Of a stretch of 64,000 nucleotides of DNA, positions 34,811-48,702 are shown piece by piece. The position numbers and the translations under genes were made by a program. The stretch is taken from contig OZ001293.3 in assembly GCA_963921275.4 (NCBI GenBank), forward strand, positions 992,001 to 1,056,000, given 5' to 3'. Under the pieces are notes generated by a model, which worked only from the letters and a program-made list of their open reading frames with translations, was not told where the DNA came from and did no database searches. Positions within the stretch are counted from its first letter, which is position 1. Every line of letters starts with the position of its first letter. The stretch comes from an uncultured Hormoscilla sp. GTDB taxonomy: Bacteria; Cyanobacteriota; Cyanobacteriia; Cyanobacteriales; Desertifilaceae.

Positions 34811-35075
34811 GTTAAACTAAGCCAGGAGGTCACCTTCCCGACTCGTCTTCAAAACCGGACGTGAGACTTTAGAAGGTAAGGTTTGAGAGTCACCTCTCTC
34901 CCCTTCCCGCTACTTAAGACCTTACATTTGATACTACCGTGAGGGCGTCAGCTTATCCTACTCATTACAAGTAGGCGTTTGCTTCTCCTCTCAATCCTTT
35001 CCAATCACGACCTGCCTTCTGAGCAGAGGTTGCGTCTGCGGTGACTACTCTGTCTATCGACCTGGACAGAGAGTA
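34811..35075 (-). mobile_element. Internally deleted group II intron remnant (RT-intron lineage)
   Basis: 3' end ...GGCTTAGTTTAAC with half of DV, joined to a segment homologous to 17860-18005. Confidence 0.7.
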
Positions 35076-35080
35076 GGGGC

Positions 35081-35476
35081 TTAAGGTTCCCACGTTACCT
35101 TCACCTGATATTGTTGACATTGTTGCTGGATGAAATAGAGTTGAGATTGTGAAGATTCACCGATTAAATGGATTCTTGCCTGGCGATTAGAGAACGAACT
35201 TCTGTAAATCAACAATTGACCGAGAGCTGATTTCCACTGTGAAACCCGCTTGACCTCGATAACTTCCATCCGCGTTAAGACATCAATACGACCACCAGGA
35301 ACGGTAACTTCGGTCTCGCCACCGAGCTTATTAGCCAGGCGATCGCGATACCAACTCTCCGTTCCTTTCTTCAGTGGGCGAGGCGGAGGTGGGGGAGGTT
35401 TGGAACCGTTGATTAAAATCCGAATCCATTTTCTCACCGCTTTCTGAAATTCGTTAGGCTTCTGTTGCTTGGGCAT
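35081..35476 (-). CDS. Hypothetical protein with a PD-(D/E)XK-like nuclease fold
   Basis: GG..EV....GRIDVLT..EVIEVK....WKSALGQL..Y motif. Confidence 0.6.
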   Translation of the reverse strand: MPKQQKPNEFQKAVRKWIRILINGSKPPPPPPRPLKKGTESWYRDRLANKLGGETEVTVPGGRIDVLTRMEVIEVKRVSQWKSALGQLLIYRSSFSNRQARIHLIGESSQSQLYFIQQQCQQYQVKVTWEP

Positions 35477-35480
35477 CAGC

Positions 35481-35927
35481 TTAACGTTTTTTAAACAGTT
35501 TGTAAACGCCGTAGCCCGCCAAACCAACAACAGCTCCCGCCGCCGCCACCGGAGCCATCGTTACCGCAACCCCTGTTCCGCCAACAAGCAAGCCCATCCC
35601 GCCAATGAGAGCCGACGCGCCCGCACCGACAGCCGCACCGCCCGCAGCCGCACCAACCGCCGTGGCATCTCCTTCCTCGATCGCTTTTTTCACGCCGTAA
35701 CCAGCCGTCCCGACAACAGCTCCCGCCGCCGCCACCGGAGCCATGCCGATCCCGACAGCCGTCCCAGCCGCCGCTAATCCCATCCCGCCAACCGCTGCGG
35801 AAACTCCCGCACCAGCCGCAGCACCTACCCCGACGCCGGTAGCAGCAGAAATCATCTCTTTGGTCTTGTTGTTCTTGGAGTCCGTTTCAATCATGTCTTT
35901 GGTCTTGTTGTTCTTGGAGTCAGTCAT
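35481..35927 (-). CDS. Gly/Ala-rich glycine-zipper-like membrane protein with internal duplications
   Basis: Two ~50-aa GxxxG-rich repeats and a duplicated TDSKNNKTK N-terminal block. Confidence 0.65.
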   Translation of the reverse strand: MTDSKNNKTKDMIETDSKNNKTKEMISAATGVGVGAAAGAGVSAAVGGMGLAAAGTAVGIGMAPVAAAGAVVGTAGYGVKKAIEEGDATAVGAAAGGAAVGAGASALIGGMGLLVGGTGVAVTMAPVAAAGAVVGLAGYGVYKLFKKR

Positions 35928-36035
35928 CGCTCATGTCCTCGTCACATCTTCTTGAGTATACCACGTTTTCCGATCGCACGATTAGGGTTAATCATTGTTG
36001 CTGTTCTCAAGGACACCAATCAGCGCTTAACCTAT

Positions 36036-38789
<2,754 letters not shown>

Positions 38790-38802
38790 TCACAAGATCG
38801 CT

Positions 38803-39048
38803 TCAGGGCCCTGGCTTTCCTTTCGGGTTGACCCAGCGCAACCGGTAGTAGGCAATTTTGCCCGCATCTTCGCTATCAAATTTCGATATATAGGGAGTGC
38901 GGGTATTGAGGCCGAAAAATCTCAACTCATCTGTATTCGTCGGCGGTGCGTCCCCGATCTTCACCCAAATTTCTGCCCCCATGACACCAGCAGGTTTAGC
39001 CCGACAGTTAGGAGTGGTTTCGTCGAAGAAACGCAGCGTGTGACTCAA
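38803..39048 (-). pseudogene. Fragment of a hypothetical beta-sandwich (FN3-like) protein
   Basis: RAKPAGVMGAEIW...TRTPY...DAGK.AYY.LRWVN.KG..GP. Truncated at both ends. Confidence 0.5.
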
Positions 39049-39547
39049 GGGTTGGGTTACTTCGTTCCTATAGATGATTTTTCGTAGCTTTAGGTGGGTA
39101 TTCTACACCGGGTTTATTGTCAGTACATACTGGTCAATGACAGAGTTGCCAGCGACTAATCCGTGTCCATTTTTTGGACGTTGCGTATCAGCCCTATTTC
39201 GCAACTTGCTTATGACGACGCTTAGATACCTTCACTTGCGTTCACCATGGCTCCTTGCTCAACGTATACCAGTGGTCGGATTTCATCCTGGGCTTCTGGC
39301 AGAGTGCCTTTCATTCCCGCTTTACGGATTGATGCCATCGCTACCGTAGGGAAAGTGCTGTCACCCCATGCACCAGGGAGGCGGACTTCCTTAGAAACCT
39401 AATGGTTCACCTGCTGTCTTTGCCTGTTGGCTCGGCAAGCGTCACCGCCATCATCTATAAGTTGTCATCGCTTCCAAGGAAAGGAACCCGGTGCTAGTCA
39501 TCCCAATTACCTGTGAACCGGTGAAGTTTCGACTAAACGAATCGCAC
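39049..39547 (-). mobile_element. 5' half (domain I) of a group II intron
   Basis: GTGCGATTCGTTTAG at 39547. Homologous to 18010-18429. Domains downstream of DI deleted. Confidence 0.8.
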
Positions 39548-40190
39548 CTATCTTTAAGCCTCACAAGGTTAACAACCTTGAGCAACTACAACATCAGCAT
39601 TAGAAATGGTAATTACACCATCACTGCTATGGCTATGCTAAAGGCGATAGCCTGCAATGCCCTCAACATATTGAGAGCGCGTATACGTATTGCGTTGCGA
39701 CGCACACGCGCGTGTGTTATGTACTTTTACCTCCTTTTTTCCTCGTTACAAGGATCCGCCTTGTAATGCCTTGCACATGCGTACTGTGGGCGTGTCGTGC
39801 CAAGTAGATGCAATACCTACCAGGGTCAAGGTGCAGGCATAATTAGCCCGATGTCTTCCTTGACTCTTTTTTACTCTAACTTACTATGTTAGCTAAAGTC
39901 AAGCTTGTTAACAATACCTGAGGGGCAACATGCCTGCTGAAATCCATACCGGCTATGTATTTCAGCCCATAAGTTCCCAAAACATGCTGTTTTGGGCAGA
40001 CAGACGACGTAGCTATAAGGGTTTGAGCTTCATGAAAATGAAAGGAGGGTCAATTTGCGAATGTATCTTGTCTGAGATCATTGGTCTCAAAGCCTTATCT
40101 AGTAAGCTTTTGAGGGCTCATGTGCTCCTATCAGTAACAATATTTAATATTTTAGCTATAAGCGTCTATGTTCTAACAGGAGACACTACC

Positions 40191-40883
40191 GTGCATTTAT
40201 TGATACCAGCTGCTGGGATGGGCAGGCGCATGGGGAGTAGTCGCAATAAGCTACTCCTGAGTTTGTTGGGCGAACCTTTGATCGCTTGGACTCTGCGTTC
40301 CGCCCAGTCCTCTGGCCTGATTAGCTGGATTGGGATTATCGGACAACCTGCTGACTGGGATGATTTTCAGCAGATTGTCGCTGGTTTATCGCTGAGTAAG
40401 CCTGTAAAGCTGATTACAGGCGGGGCGACCCGCCAGGAGTCGGTTTATAATGGTTTGCAGGCTTTACCTGACTATGCGCTGCGGGTGTTAATTCATGATG
40501 GGGCCCGGTGTCTGGCTACCCCAACATTATTCGATCGCTGTGCTCAGGCCCTACTGGAATGTTCGGGTTTGATTGCGGCGGTGCCAGTGAAGGACACGAT
40601 TAAGGTAGTGGATGAGACTGGAGTGATTCAGAATACACCTGACCGCAAGCAGTTGTGGGCCGCCCAAACACCCCAGGGATTTGAGGTGCCTCTCTTGCGG
40701 CAATGTCACCAAAAGGGGCAGGATCTGGGTTGGCATGTTACTGATGATGCTGCTTTGTTTGAAAGGTGTGGGTTGCCTGTTCGGGTTGTCCAGGGGGAGG
40801 AGACGAATCTGAAGGTGACGACACCGGTAGATCTGGCGATCGCCGAATTCATTCTCCGCCAACGGGATAAGCAATTTGTTTGA
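40191..40883 (+). CDS. ispD: 2-C-methyl-D-erythritol 4-phosphate cytidylyltransferase
   Basis: GTG start after an AGGAGA RBS. LLIPAAGMGRRMG, VLIHDGARC, AAQTPQGF, TDDA, NLKVTTP.D motifs. Confidence 0.95.
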   Translation: MHLLIPAAGMGRRMGSSRNKLLLSLLGEPLIAWTLRSAQSSGLISWIGIIGQPADWDDFQQIVAGLSLSKPVKLITGGATRQESVYNGLQALPDYALRVLIHDGARCLATPTLFDRCAQALLECSGLIAAVPVKDTIKVVDETGVIQNTPDRKQLWAAQTPQGFEVPLLRQCHQKGQDLGWHVTDDAALFERCGLPVRVVQGEETNLKVTTPVDLAIAEFILRQRDKQFV

Positions 40884-41006
40884 TATCTTAATATCAGCTG
40901 AGGGTATTAGCCGCTCCTGTCACTTTACACATATAATTGAATATATTTTCATATGTGTAAAAATCAGAACTCTCGGTCGGTAAGGGCACTTCCAGAGCTA
41001 CCACTT

Positions 41007-41145
41007 CTGTGTCCCTCGGGGCGAGGTGTATCCTGGGGCGAGGTATGTCTCGGGAGCGCTAATCGCACAAAAGGGGACATACAGAGCGCTAATTGCACAT
41101 GCATGGGAGACACTTCGCGCTAGTCGCACTACCCAGGATACACGG
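41007..41145. repeat. Degenerate three-layer nested hairpin micro-element
   Basis: Three left arms followed by three GCGCTA(A/G)T(C/T)GCAC loop plus right-arm units. Confidence 0.75.
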
Positions 41146-41297
41146 CCCTCACCCGTTCCCAGGCGGGAGCCTCTTAACGAGGGGTGGAGCTAGACAAACC
41201 TTCGCCCGCCTGCGCGGGCTAGATTATCTTCTTGAGATGCTCCCAACAGAAGGGGCGATCGCCAACTCTTGACTGTCGGTCTATTAAGAAAACTTGG

Positions 41298-41356
41298 AAG
41301 CACTAAAGTGCTTACTACGAACTCCCAAGGCAAGCACTAAAGTGCTTACTACGAAC
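41298..41356. repeat. Two direct copies of AAGCACTAAAGTGCTTACTACGAAC (small hairpin repeat)
   Basis: Directly visible between convergent genes. Confidence 0.85.
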
Positions 41357-41360
41357 GAGA

Positions 41361-41920
41361 TCAGCGCAGTTCCTGCAATAGGGCTTCTGCTTGTTGGACG
41401 CCATCAGTGTCTCCCTGACGGCGGTAGAGTTCCAGGGCTTGGAATAAAGCAGTGATCGCCTCGGGAATGCGATCGCTCATTAACAGGGCTTGAGCAAGGT
41501 TATAATGGGCATCAGCATTTTGGGGAGATAACTCGATCGCCTGCCGATAAGCGACGCTCGCCAGAAGGTAATCGGACTGCTGCATATAAAGAGCGCCCAT
41601 TGCGGCATGTGCTTCGACTAGACTGGGTTGGAGTCCGGCAGCCTGCTGATAAGCGGCTATTGCTGAGGGGATGTTGTTGTATTTCTCGTGAATTCTACCA
41701 ACCTGAAGGTGAACTTCGGCATTAGCTGGAGCGATCCTGACTGCTTGTTGCAGGGCCTCACGCCCGGCATCGATGTTACCTAAATGCAGCCACGCGGTAG
41801 TTAATTTCAACTGCACGCTAGTTGCTCTTGGGTTCAGTTTAGCTGCCTGCTGGAGCTGTTCTATCCCTTCCCTGTGTTGTCCCAGTTGCAGCAGCGTTAT
41901 CCCGATCGACTCGTAAGAAA
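41361..41920 (-). pseudogene. TPR-repeat protein, 5'-truncated and frameshifted
   Basis: Repeated A...Y.QA..L.P..A.AH..LG motifs. Frame break near 41840. Confidence 0.75.
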
Positions 41921-42140
41921 TGAGGATTTAATAATTTGTCAAAATTACGTAGCGTATAGGTAGGGAACGGGGAACGGAGGGGGCTCCAGGGGCGATCGCG
42001 GTAAGGTTGATCCTGTTGCATTTTAATACTGTCAGATCCTTCCGATTTGGCGGGGGGCGATCTGGACCCTCAGGGGATCTAGCAGAGCCTTTTTTCCGTG
42101 ATGCCTGATTTTTAGTGCTCCCTCAACGCTCTCTAGCGCC

Positions 42141-42783
42141 CTACATCGGTTGTGGCTTGGCTGTATAGTTCCATTGTGGGAGAATATTGTCAAAGACAAT
42201 TTGCATATTTTCCTTAAAACTTGAGCCAACTTTCACTCCTGTTTGATAAAGCTTATCAATTACGGTTGTAAATACCTTTAATCCTGTCTTTGTTGTCCTT
42301 GTGGCTATCAAATTTTTGACCGTTTCCACCTTGTCGAATATTACCCCCTCACATGTCCGACATGGGGAAACAACCGATGTTCAATGGGATTATACTTAGA
42401 GGTATAGGGGGGATAATGAGCCATCCGAATTTCTATGCCTAGCTTGTTGCTAAGCTTTTGCAGATTTTCCTTAAACAGGTAAGAGCGGGAGCTGTTACTA
42501 CCACCGCCATCACATAACAATAAAATTGAGCTTGCCAATGGATACAGTATAGAGCCGTAAGTGAGCCACCAATAGCTAATTGAGTCACTTCACAAGTGTC
42601 ATGAGATGTCCCAATCTGTATCAAGCCCTCCTTGTAGTTGAGATCGTATAAACCATGGGGAATTATCTTGCCTTGAGCCAGAGATGGCCAGTCATGGTCG
42701 TAAACATTGATTCTCTCTTGGGTTAAGCAGAGCCCATCACGATATAGTTGAGCTATAAACTCTTTTTTTTTGTGTCCATACTT
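42141..42783 (-). mobile_element. ISAzo13-family transposase fragment
   Basis: LLCDGGGSN...AHYPPYTSKYNPIEHRLF...LPQWNY. Confidence 0.85.
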
Positions 42784-43049
42784 ATGGAAGGGGGTAATTG
42801 CGAATGAAAACGTGTTAATTGCGAATCATATGCCAAGCCAATTTAATATTTATAATTCATTTTTATGAGGATAATTTATGGTTGATGATTGATGATTGTA
42901 AATATGAGATGCACCCACTTTACGGGGAGCAATCATGTACTATAGAAGCAGATCAAAAAAAAGAGAACTTGTTGTGCTCTGCCTATAAAAAAACTTATGA
43001 ACACCATCAACCGCGACAATGGAAGCGAATTTGCCAGTGTCAGAGCAAT

Positions 43050-45212
43050 GGGTGCATCTCACTTTTGCATCTGTGACCTATCATAGACTTTTATCTATGA
43101 TAAAATTTATTGGCTTTTGCCAAGGATGCATCTTACTTTTGCAAAAACATCATGTAGAAAGGGCCCCATTTATATAAGCACAACGTCAAGAAAGTATTTG
43201 GGGAAGGTTGGATATATTCCATTGAGCCCCTGAAATTTTTATCCGTGTTCCAATACGTTTAATCACTGATTCTATTGAACCAGAACCGATAGAACTCACT
43301 GATTCTAACTGATAATACTGATAATCAATTATTCGAGAACGATGTTTTTCCAAATAATTACATAAATTCTGAGTTTCTTTTTGATCCGATTGAATAATAG
43401 TATTGTTTCATCAACTTTTCCCGACCAGAGGAGATTTTTAGCTTTTTTTATCCTCGTAGCCTCCTACTTTATGAAGATTTTCCTTGAGATGATACCAATC
43501 TAATATTTCTCTTCTCTTGCCTGGTTCGCCTATCTGTTTAAATAATTTCCAAATTCCTGCATGTCCATCTCCTAGACAATAAAATGGAGCCAAAAGTTTT
43601 TGACAATTTACCCAATCAAGTTTGCTCTTCTTGAAAAAATGCTCCGCAATATATCCCACTGACTGCTTTATAATCTTTCCATTCACAAGCTTGTCCTTTT
43701 TCTTTTGTTCTAATCCTTGCTTTTCCTCCGTGCGACTTCTTTCACTTCCAATACTGATGTTGGCAACTCAAAATCCTGCCTTTGAACTAATCTATGTAAT
43801 GTACTATGACTAATTTTTATTCCCGTGAGCTCTGCAGCTTTTTGATAAGATTCATTCGCACAAATTAACATAGCATTTTTCTCCATTTTGGGACTGGATT
43901 TCACATGAGACTTCAAAATAATTAGCTTGTCGATTGGTGATTGATATCTTTCCCACAATGTCAATTGACGTTTTTTTCCTGTTTTTATCCCCGTATTCAA
44001 TAATTTGTGAGTTCTGGATCCACTCTTTCGATCAGAAAATCGTTCAATTTCTAAATCTTCAAAATTTTCCAAGTTTGGAAAATTTTAACCAGTAGAGCCA
44101 AATTTTTTAAGTTTTTGTCTATACATTCGTCAATTTTAAATTCCTCCATATCAAAAAGTTGTTCTGGGTTCATAGCAGCAAGAAAATAACTTCAATTTTA
44201 ATCTATCATAGATAATGTATAAATATCCAAAAGACTGCAAGTTTTTATTATATAAATATCGAAGCTGGGGTCGAGCCTATTGTCACCTCCCAACCCTCCC
44301 TTTCGGAACCGTGCATGCGACTTTCACCGCACACGGCTACTGGGTAGATAGCCCTTGTCCTAAGTAGAATTACTCAGGATTACTCCCTTTGTTCCTTTCT
44401 TCATGCAATTTCACCCCTTATGGTTAGTCTCAGACTACATATATGCCCAACTCCGGAAGGTTCGCGGGGGATAACAGTACCAACCCATATTATCCGCTCT
44501 TTACTAACGTTTACCTAATTTATTAGGTTCTCCAAGTTTTACCCGGTCAGGTCTTTAGTCCAACATTCATTACCTGGGATTTCTCCTGGTCTATAACATT
44601 AAGGTTACTTTCACCCAAAGATTCTATCTATCACCGACCCACGTCAGCATATCCATAGGTGTTACCCCAGGCGTTCGCTTCTTGGGCCATCTCTCTTCTC
44701 ATGGCTTGCGCTTTACATCTAACTTGTCCAAATGAGGACAGCTCATGAGAAGTTACTTCGTTCCCTGGTCTCATTTCACGATATCCTTAGACCCTCACTT
44801 TACCCCGGTAGTTCTTCGAGCACGATATTGGTCAAAGTCCATAACCAATACTAACTACTTTTCCCTTTTGGACCAGCGCATAAAGCCTTATTTCGCTGGT
44901 TCTACATTACGAGGCTTACACGAGTTTGCTTGTTCTGATCTTAGACATCTTTCCTAGCGGCGTCACTGATTTAGGCTATCAGCTATCCTACATTTAAGTC
45001 CTCGCTTAGCACCGCGACGATGTGGCTCCGCAGCACCTCACGCGGTTACCCCCATGCCTAGGGAGAGGAAATTTAACCCCCATGAGTACCAGAGTTCCTA
45101 GTTTCCTAGGCTAGCGTTCCGTATTTGACCACGTTAGGCTAGAACTCATCGCACAGACTCATCATAGATAAATATCTATGATGAGTCACAGATGCAAAAG
45201 TGAGATGCACCC
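43050..45212 (-). mobile_element. ISKra4-family element A (pseudogene) with ~50-bp TIRs, carrying a group II intron
   Basis: TIR GGGTGCATCTCACTTTTGCATCTGTGAC at both ends, 8-bp TSD AGAGCAAT. ANESYQ..ISHSTLHRL, LGDGH.GIW and LDWYHLKENL motifs. Confidence 0.88.
44264..45154 (-). mobile_element. Complete ORF-less group II intron (~890 nt)
   Basis: 5' GTGCG at 45154. DV GTAGCCGTGTGCGGTGAAAGTCGCATGCACGGTTC. EBS1 GGACTT pairs 6/6 (two G-U) with the 5' exon GAGTCT. 3' end atypical (...CCCCAGC). Confidence 0.88.
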
Positions 45213-46810
45213 AGAGCAATGGGAAAAGCACGTAAGGGCCATAGAGAGTGCCCAAAACTTGAGTGCGTTGGTAATTGCTGTATTACAAATGGCTTGGTAC
45301 CTGGGCTTACAACTGCTTGAAGCAGAACTAGAACAGCGAGGCAGCCTCGTCCGAGAGAATCGGTTTTGTCCTCACTGTGGAAGTCGTCTACACAGTAAAG
45401 GGAAAGTTCGCCGCCAAGTCCACACCTTGTTGGGGGTGGCGCAATGGAAACGGCGAGTGCTGCGATGTCCCCAGGGTTGTCCTGGGAGTCAGCAAATCCA
45501 TCAGATGAGAAGTTGGGCATCGCCCCTTATGAGCAAACCTCCTGGGAAGTCAAACGACTGGGGTGTCTATTGAGTGTGTTTGTGCCCTATGAGTTGGCCA
45601 CGCAATTGCTCGAACAACTCACAGGAGTCCGCATCCGCGACAGCAGTCTATGGAATTGGATACAGCAGGCAGGCCAACGAGCCAAACTGATTTGGGAAGA
45701 GCGTCTGACAGCGATGGAATCTGGAGAGGAAGTGGCCAAAGAAGCCATGAGTGCTGAGCTTCAGACCTTGATGATGGTGTTGAGTGCCGATGGTGTGATG
45801 GCACCGAAGGTGGTATGGCGAGCGTGATGGTGGAGTGGGCTTTTGGCGACTGTATCGAGAGTGCTTTTCTGACTGTGCGGTCGGTATTCTAGACTTTTAC
45901 CATGCAGCAGGCCATCTATGGCGAGCGGCGACTGCTTGGTTGGGTCATGACCCCGAAGCGGCTGAGATTTGTTTTGAGCGCTGGCGACATCTCCTGCGCC
46001 ATGGCAAACATACCCAAGTGCTCATGGAGTTGACCCGGCTGGTGAATCGAGTGACTTTGAACGCCGAATCCATGAAAGTACTGGCACAAGTCCAAGCAGA
46101 TTTCCAAAATCACTGCCAGCATGTGGCTTATTCGGCCTTTGAACAGGAGCAGTTGCCTTTGGGTTCTGGTCTTGTGGAAAGTGCCTGTAAATGGTTAATT
46201 CAGCAGCGCTTTAAGTGGGTGGGTATGGGTTGGAGTTCCACGGGCTTTGAGCATCTCCTCTATCTTCGCTTGGCTTGGGTCAATCAACGCGGGAGATACC
46301 CTTTTCCCCTCAGCCCTAATGTCAACCCCCAACCTTTAGATGCGCCCCGTGATGAAACATTGCTGGTGCGTCCAGTGGTTCTGGGTCTCAAAAAAAATAC
46401 CCGTAATGGAGAAAATTTTCATTGCCATTCTCTGTAGTCTAGCAGCAGATGTTGTTAATACAGCCCCAGTGGCTGTACTGTATCGAGGACCCGCTTCGTA
46501 TTGAAGGATTATTCCAAACAGTGACAGAAAATTTTCACTGCTCCCTTCAGACTTTGGGTTATCCGGTCATCGGCTTGATTTTCTTTTTGTTTGGCAATGG
46601 TAGCTTATAAGATTTTAGCTGTTGGGCGGTTTTAGGTAAGGTGCATGGTCCCGGAAAAATTATGGCTGCGCCCCCCGTAGCGTGGCCCAGCCATGCGCAG
46701 CGCTATCGGCCTCAGATTTTTACTTGGTCAATGAAATCCAAGGGACGCGGGATGATGATTGCAATTGAACCAGAACAAAGGATGCGTATTTGCATCAATA
46801 AACAAATTTA

Positions 46811-47778
46811 TAGCATTTCTCAAAATAGTGAGGTACAGTAGCAACGTAAAAAAGTTGTATAGATCTGACAAACTAACATTTTCAAAACCATCAGTAATTG
46901 CATGGTTCTCGGTGACATTTTTTTTATAGCTCTTTAGCTGCGACCAAAAGTTCTCAATTGGAGAAAAATCGGGAGAATAAGGAGGTAGATAGACTAACCG
47001 CGTACCTACTTTTTTAATAGTTCCTCTTATGGCTTTTCCATTATGTATTGTACATCGGTCCACGACTAGGCTCCTTTCCATAAACGAGGAACTAAATGTC
47101 TAACTATAAAAGCTTCAAAAGTTAAGCTATCATAAGAACCTAAAATCTTGAATGAACTCACTACTCCCTTAAGACGCTCCGACTATCGAAACGTTTTTTC
47201 CTCGCTTACTTGGCTTACTTCCATGGGCTCTTTGACCACATGCGACCATAAATGCGTGTTAACCCCAGGTTAACACCGGATTCGTCCAAGAAGATTAAGT
47301 CAAAAGGGTCTATTCCTTCTATTTCTTTCCAGTAGTCTACCCTTAATTTTTGGACTCTATCACTTCTTTTCTCTGTTGGATGTAACACTTTTTTTTTGAC
47401 GGTAAATCCCAACTTCTTTATCATCCTATCTATTCTCGAACGGCTGACCACCGGTCTCTTTTTCAAGACTAGATTGATATTCTTCTAAGGTCCAGTCATT
47501 ATTTTCCTTTACTAAATTATGAATAATTGCCAGTTCTTCATCCTTAAGTTTTCGTGGACGACCAGGACTTTTCTTAGGTAACAAATTGCCGCCGATCTTG
47601 CTGGATGATTTTGGTAACAAAACTTAAAGCTACCCTAAATCTGCTCGCCAGTTTTCTTTGTGATATATTCTCATTTTTATAGACAGATTTTTGTAGATAT
47701 ACTGAATAGGGTTTCATAGCTTTCTCGTCCATATATTCTTGACTCTCTTATTGTACCTCATGTTTTTGAGAAATGCTA
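46811..47778 (-). mobile_element. IS630-family element (pseudogene)
   Basis: TIRs TAGCATTTCTCAAAA/TTTTGAGAAATGCTA with TA duplication. IFLDESG and YLPPYSPDFSPIENFWS motifs. Confidence 0.92.
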
Positions 47779-48210
47779 TAAGTTGGTAGATGTTCTTTGA
47801 GATTTAGCAAAAACGAATTCCTTTAATTGATTTTCTGGGTGCAGCCCCGCGCACCCAAAGTTCCGACTCTATATGACCCTCGTCATCGGAATGTCTCAAC
47901 TGCCCGACTTTTAACGAACGCATCTCGGTCACCTTTCCCATCACATTCTCGACCCACTCATCGGTGTCGCGTCGAAGGTAGGAAAGGAGTATCATAACTA
48001 ATTTTACTGCTTGAGGCAATCTCTGATTCTCAACAGATTTAAATAAATTGAGAATCAGCTAGCGCATAATCATTGATTATCAATTGCCTCAATTAATTGA
48101 TAATCATCTGACAAAGAAGTGGAACTAACAAAGACGCGAATTCCCAAACAATTCGAGATTTTAAATTTTGCCTATATATTGAGAAAATTTCGCCAAAGAA
48201 CTGAACAATT

Positions 48211-48287
48211 CGATGTCTCTGCCAGAGCTTTTGTCCCAGGGAACATGGCTGCGCTCCCGCAAGGGATACGGCACACAGGAGAGATCG
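48211..48287. repeat. Long-loop variant of the hairpin micro-element
   Basis: Near-identical to 19498-19574. Confidence 0.85.
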
Positions 48288-48702
48288 ACGCAACAACCGA
48301 GAAAAATATGGCTGCGCCCCCAGCGCAGCGCGATCGGCTGGGCGGGCCATTGTTTCCCGTCACCTTGACAGGGCTAGGAGACAAACTTAGCTATTGAGAC
48401 GGGCACAGGAGGCTTGACAAAATACAACCGAACAAAGCTGCGTCTCCCGGGGGACACAGCCAGAAGCTGTGGGAGTTTTGTTTTAACCCTACCTGATAAA
48501 ATCCAGAGGTCTGTCAAACAAATAGATCTAAAGCCTGTCTTCAGAAGAGATGGCTAATGGTATAAATTTACCTAATTTTAAATAAATGACTATCTTTGAA
48601 GTTAGCCGCTCGCAGAACTTTCTGGTTAATCTGGCGGCGGGAAGGAAAAAATAACTCGGGACATTTGATATAATAAGGCGTATTCGCGAGCAGGATTCAG
48701 AA

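Larger units (their letters stand above)
42924..46348 (+). mobile_element. ISKra4-family element B (pseudogene), interrupted at 43049/45213 by element A
   Basis: MEANLPVSEQ|WEKHV reads through after removing the insert. CPHCG, ADG, LDFYHA and GSGLVESACK..IQQRFK motifs. Right end TAGATGCGCCCC; left end approximate. Confidence 0.8.

Noticed and set aside
39930..40190. N-terminal extension of IspD
   Set aside because: Homology starts at GTG 40191, which has an RBS. The upstream frame looks incidental.
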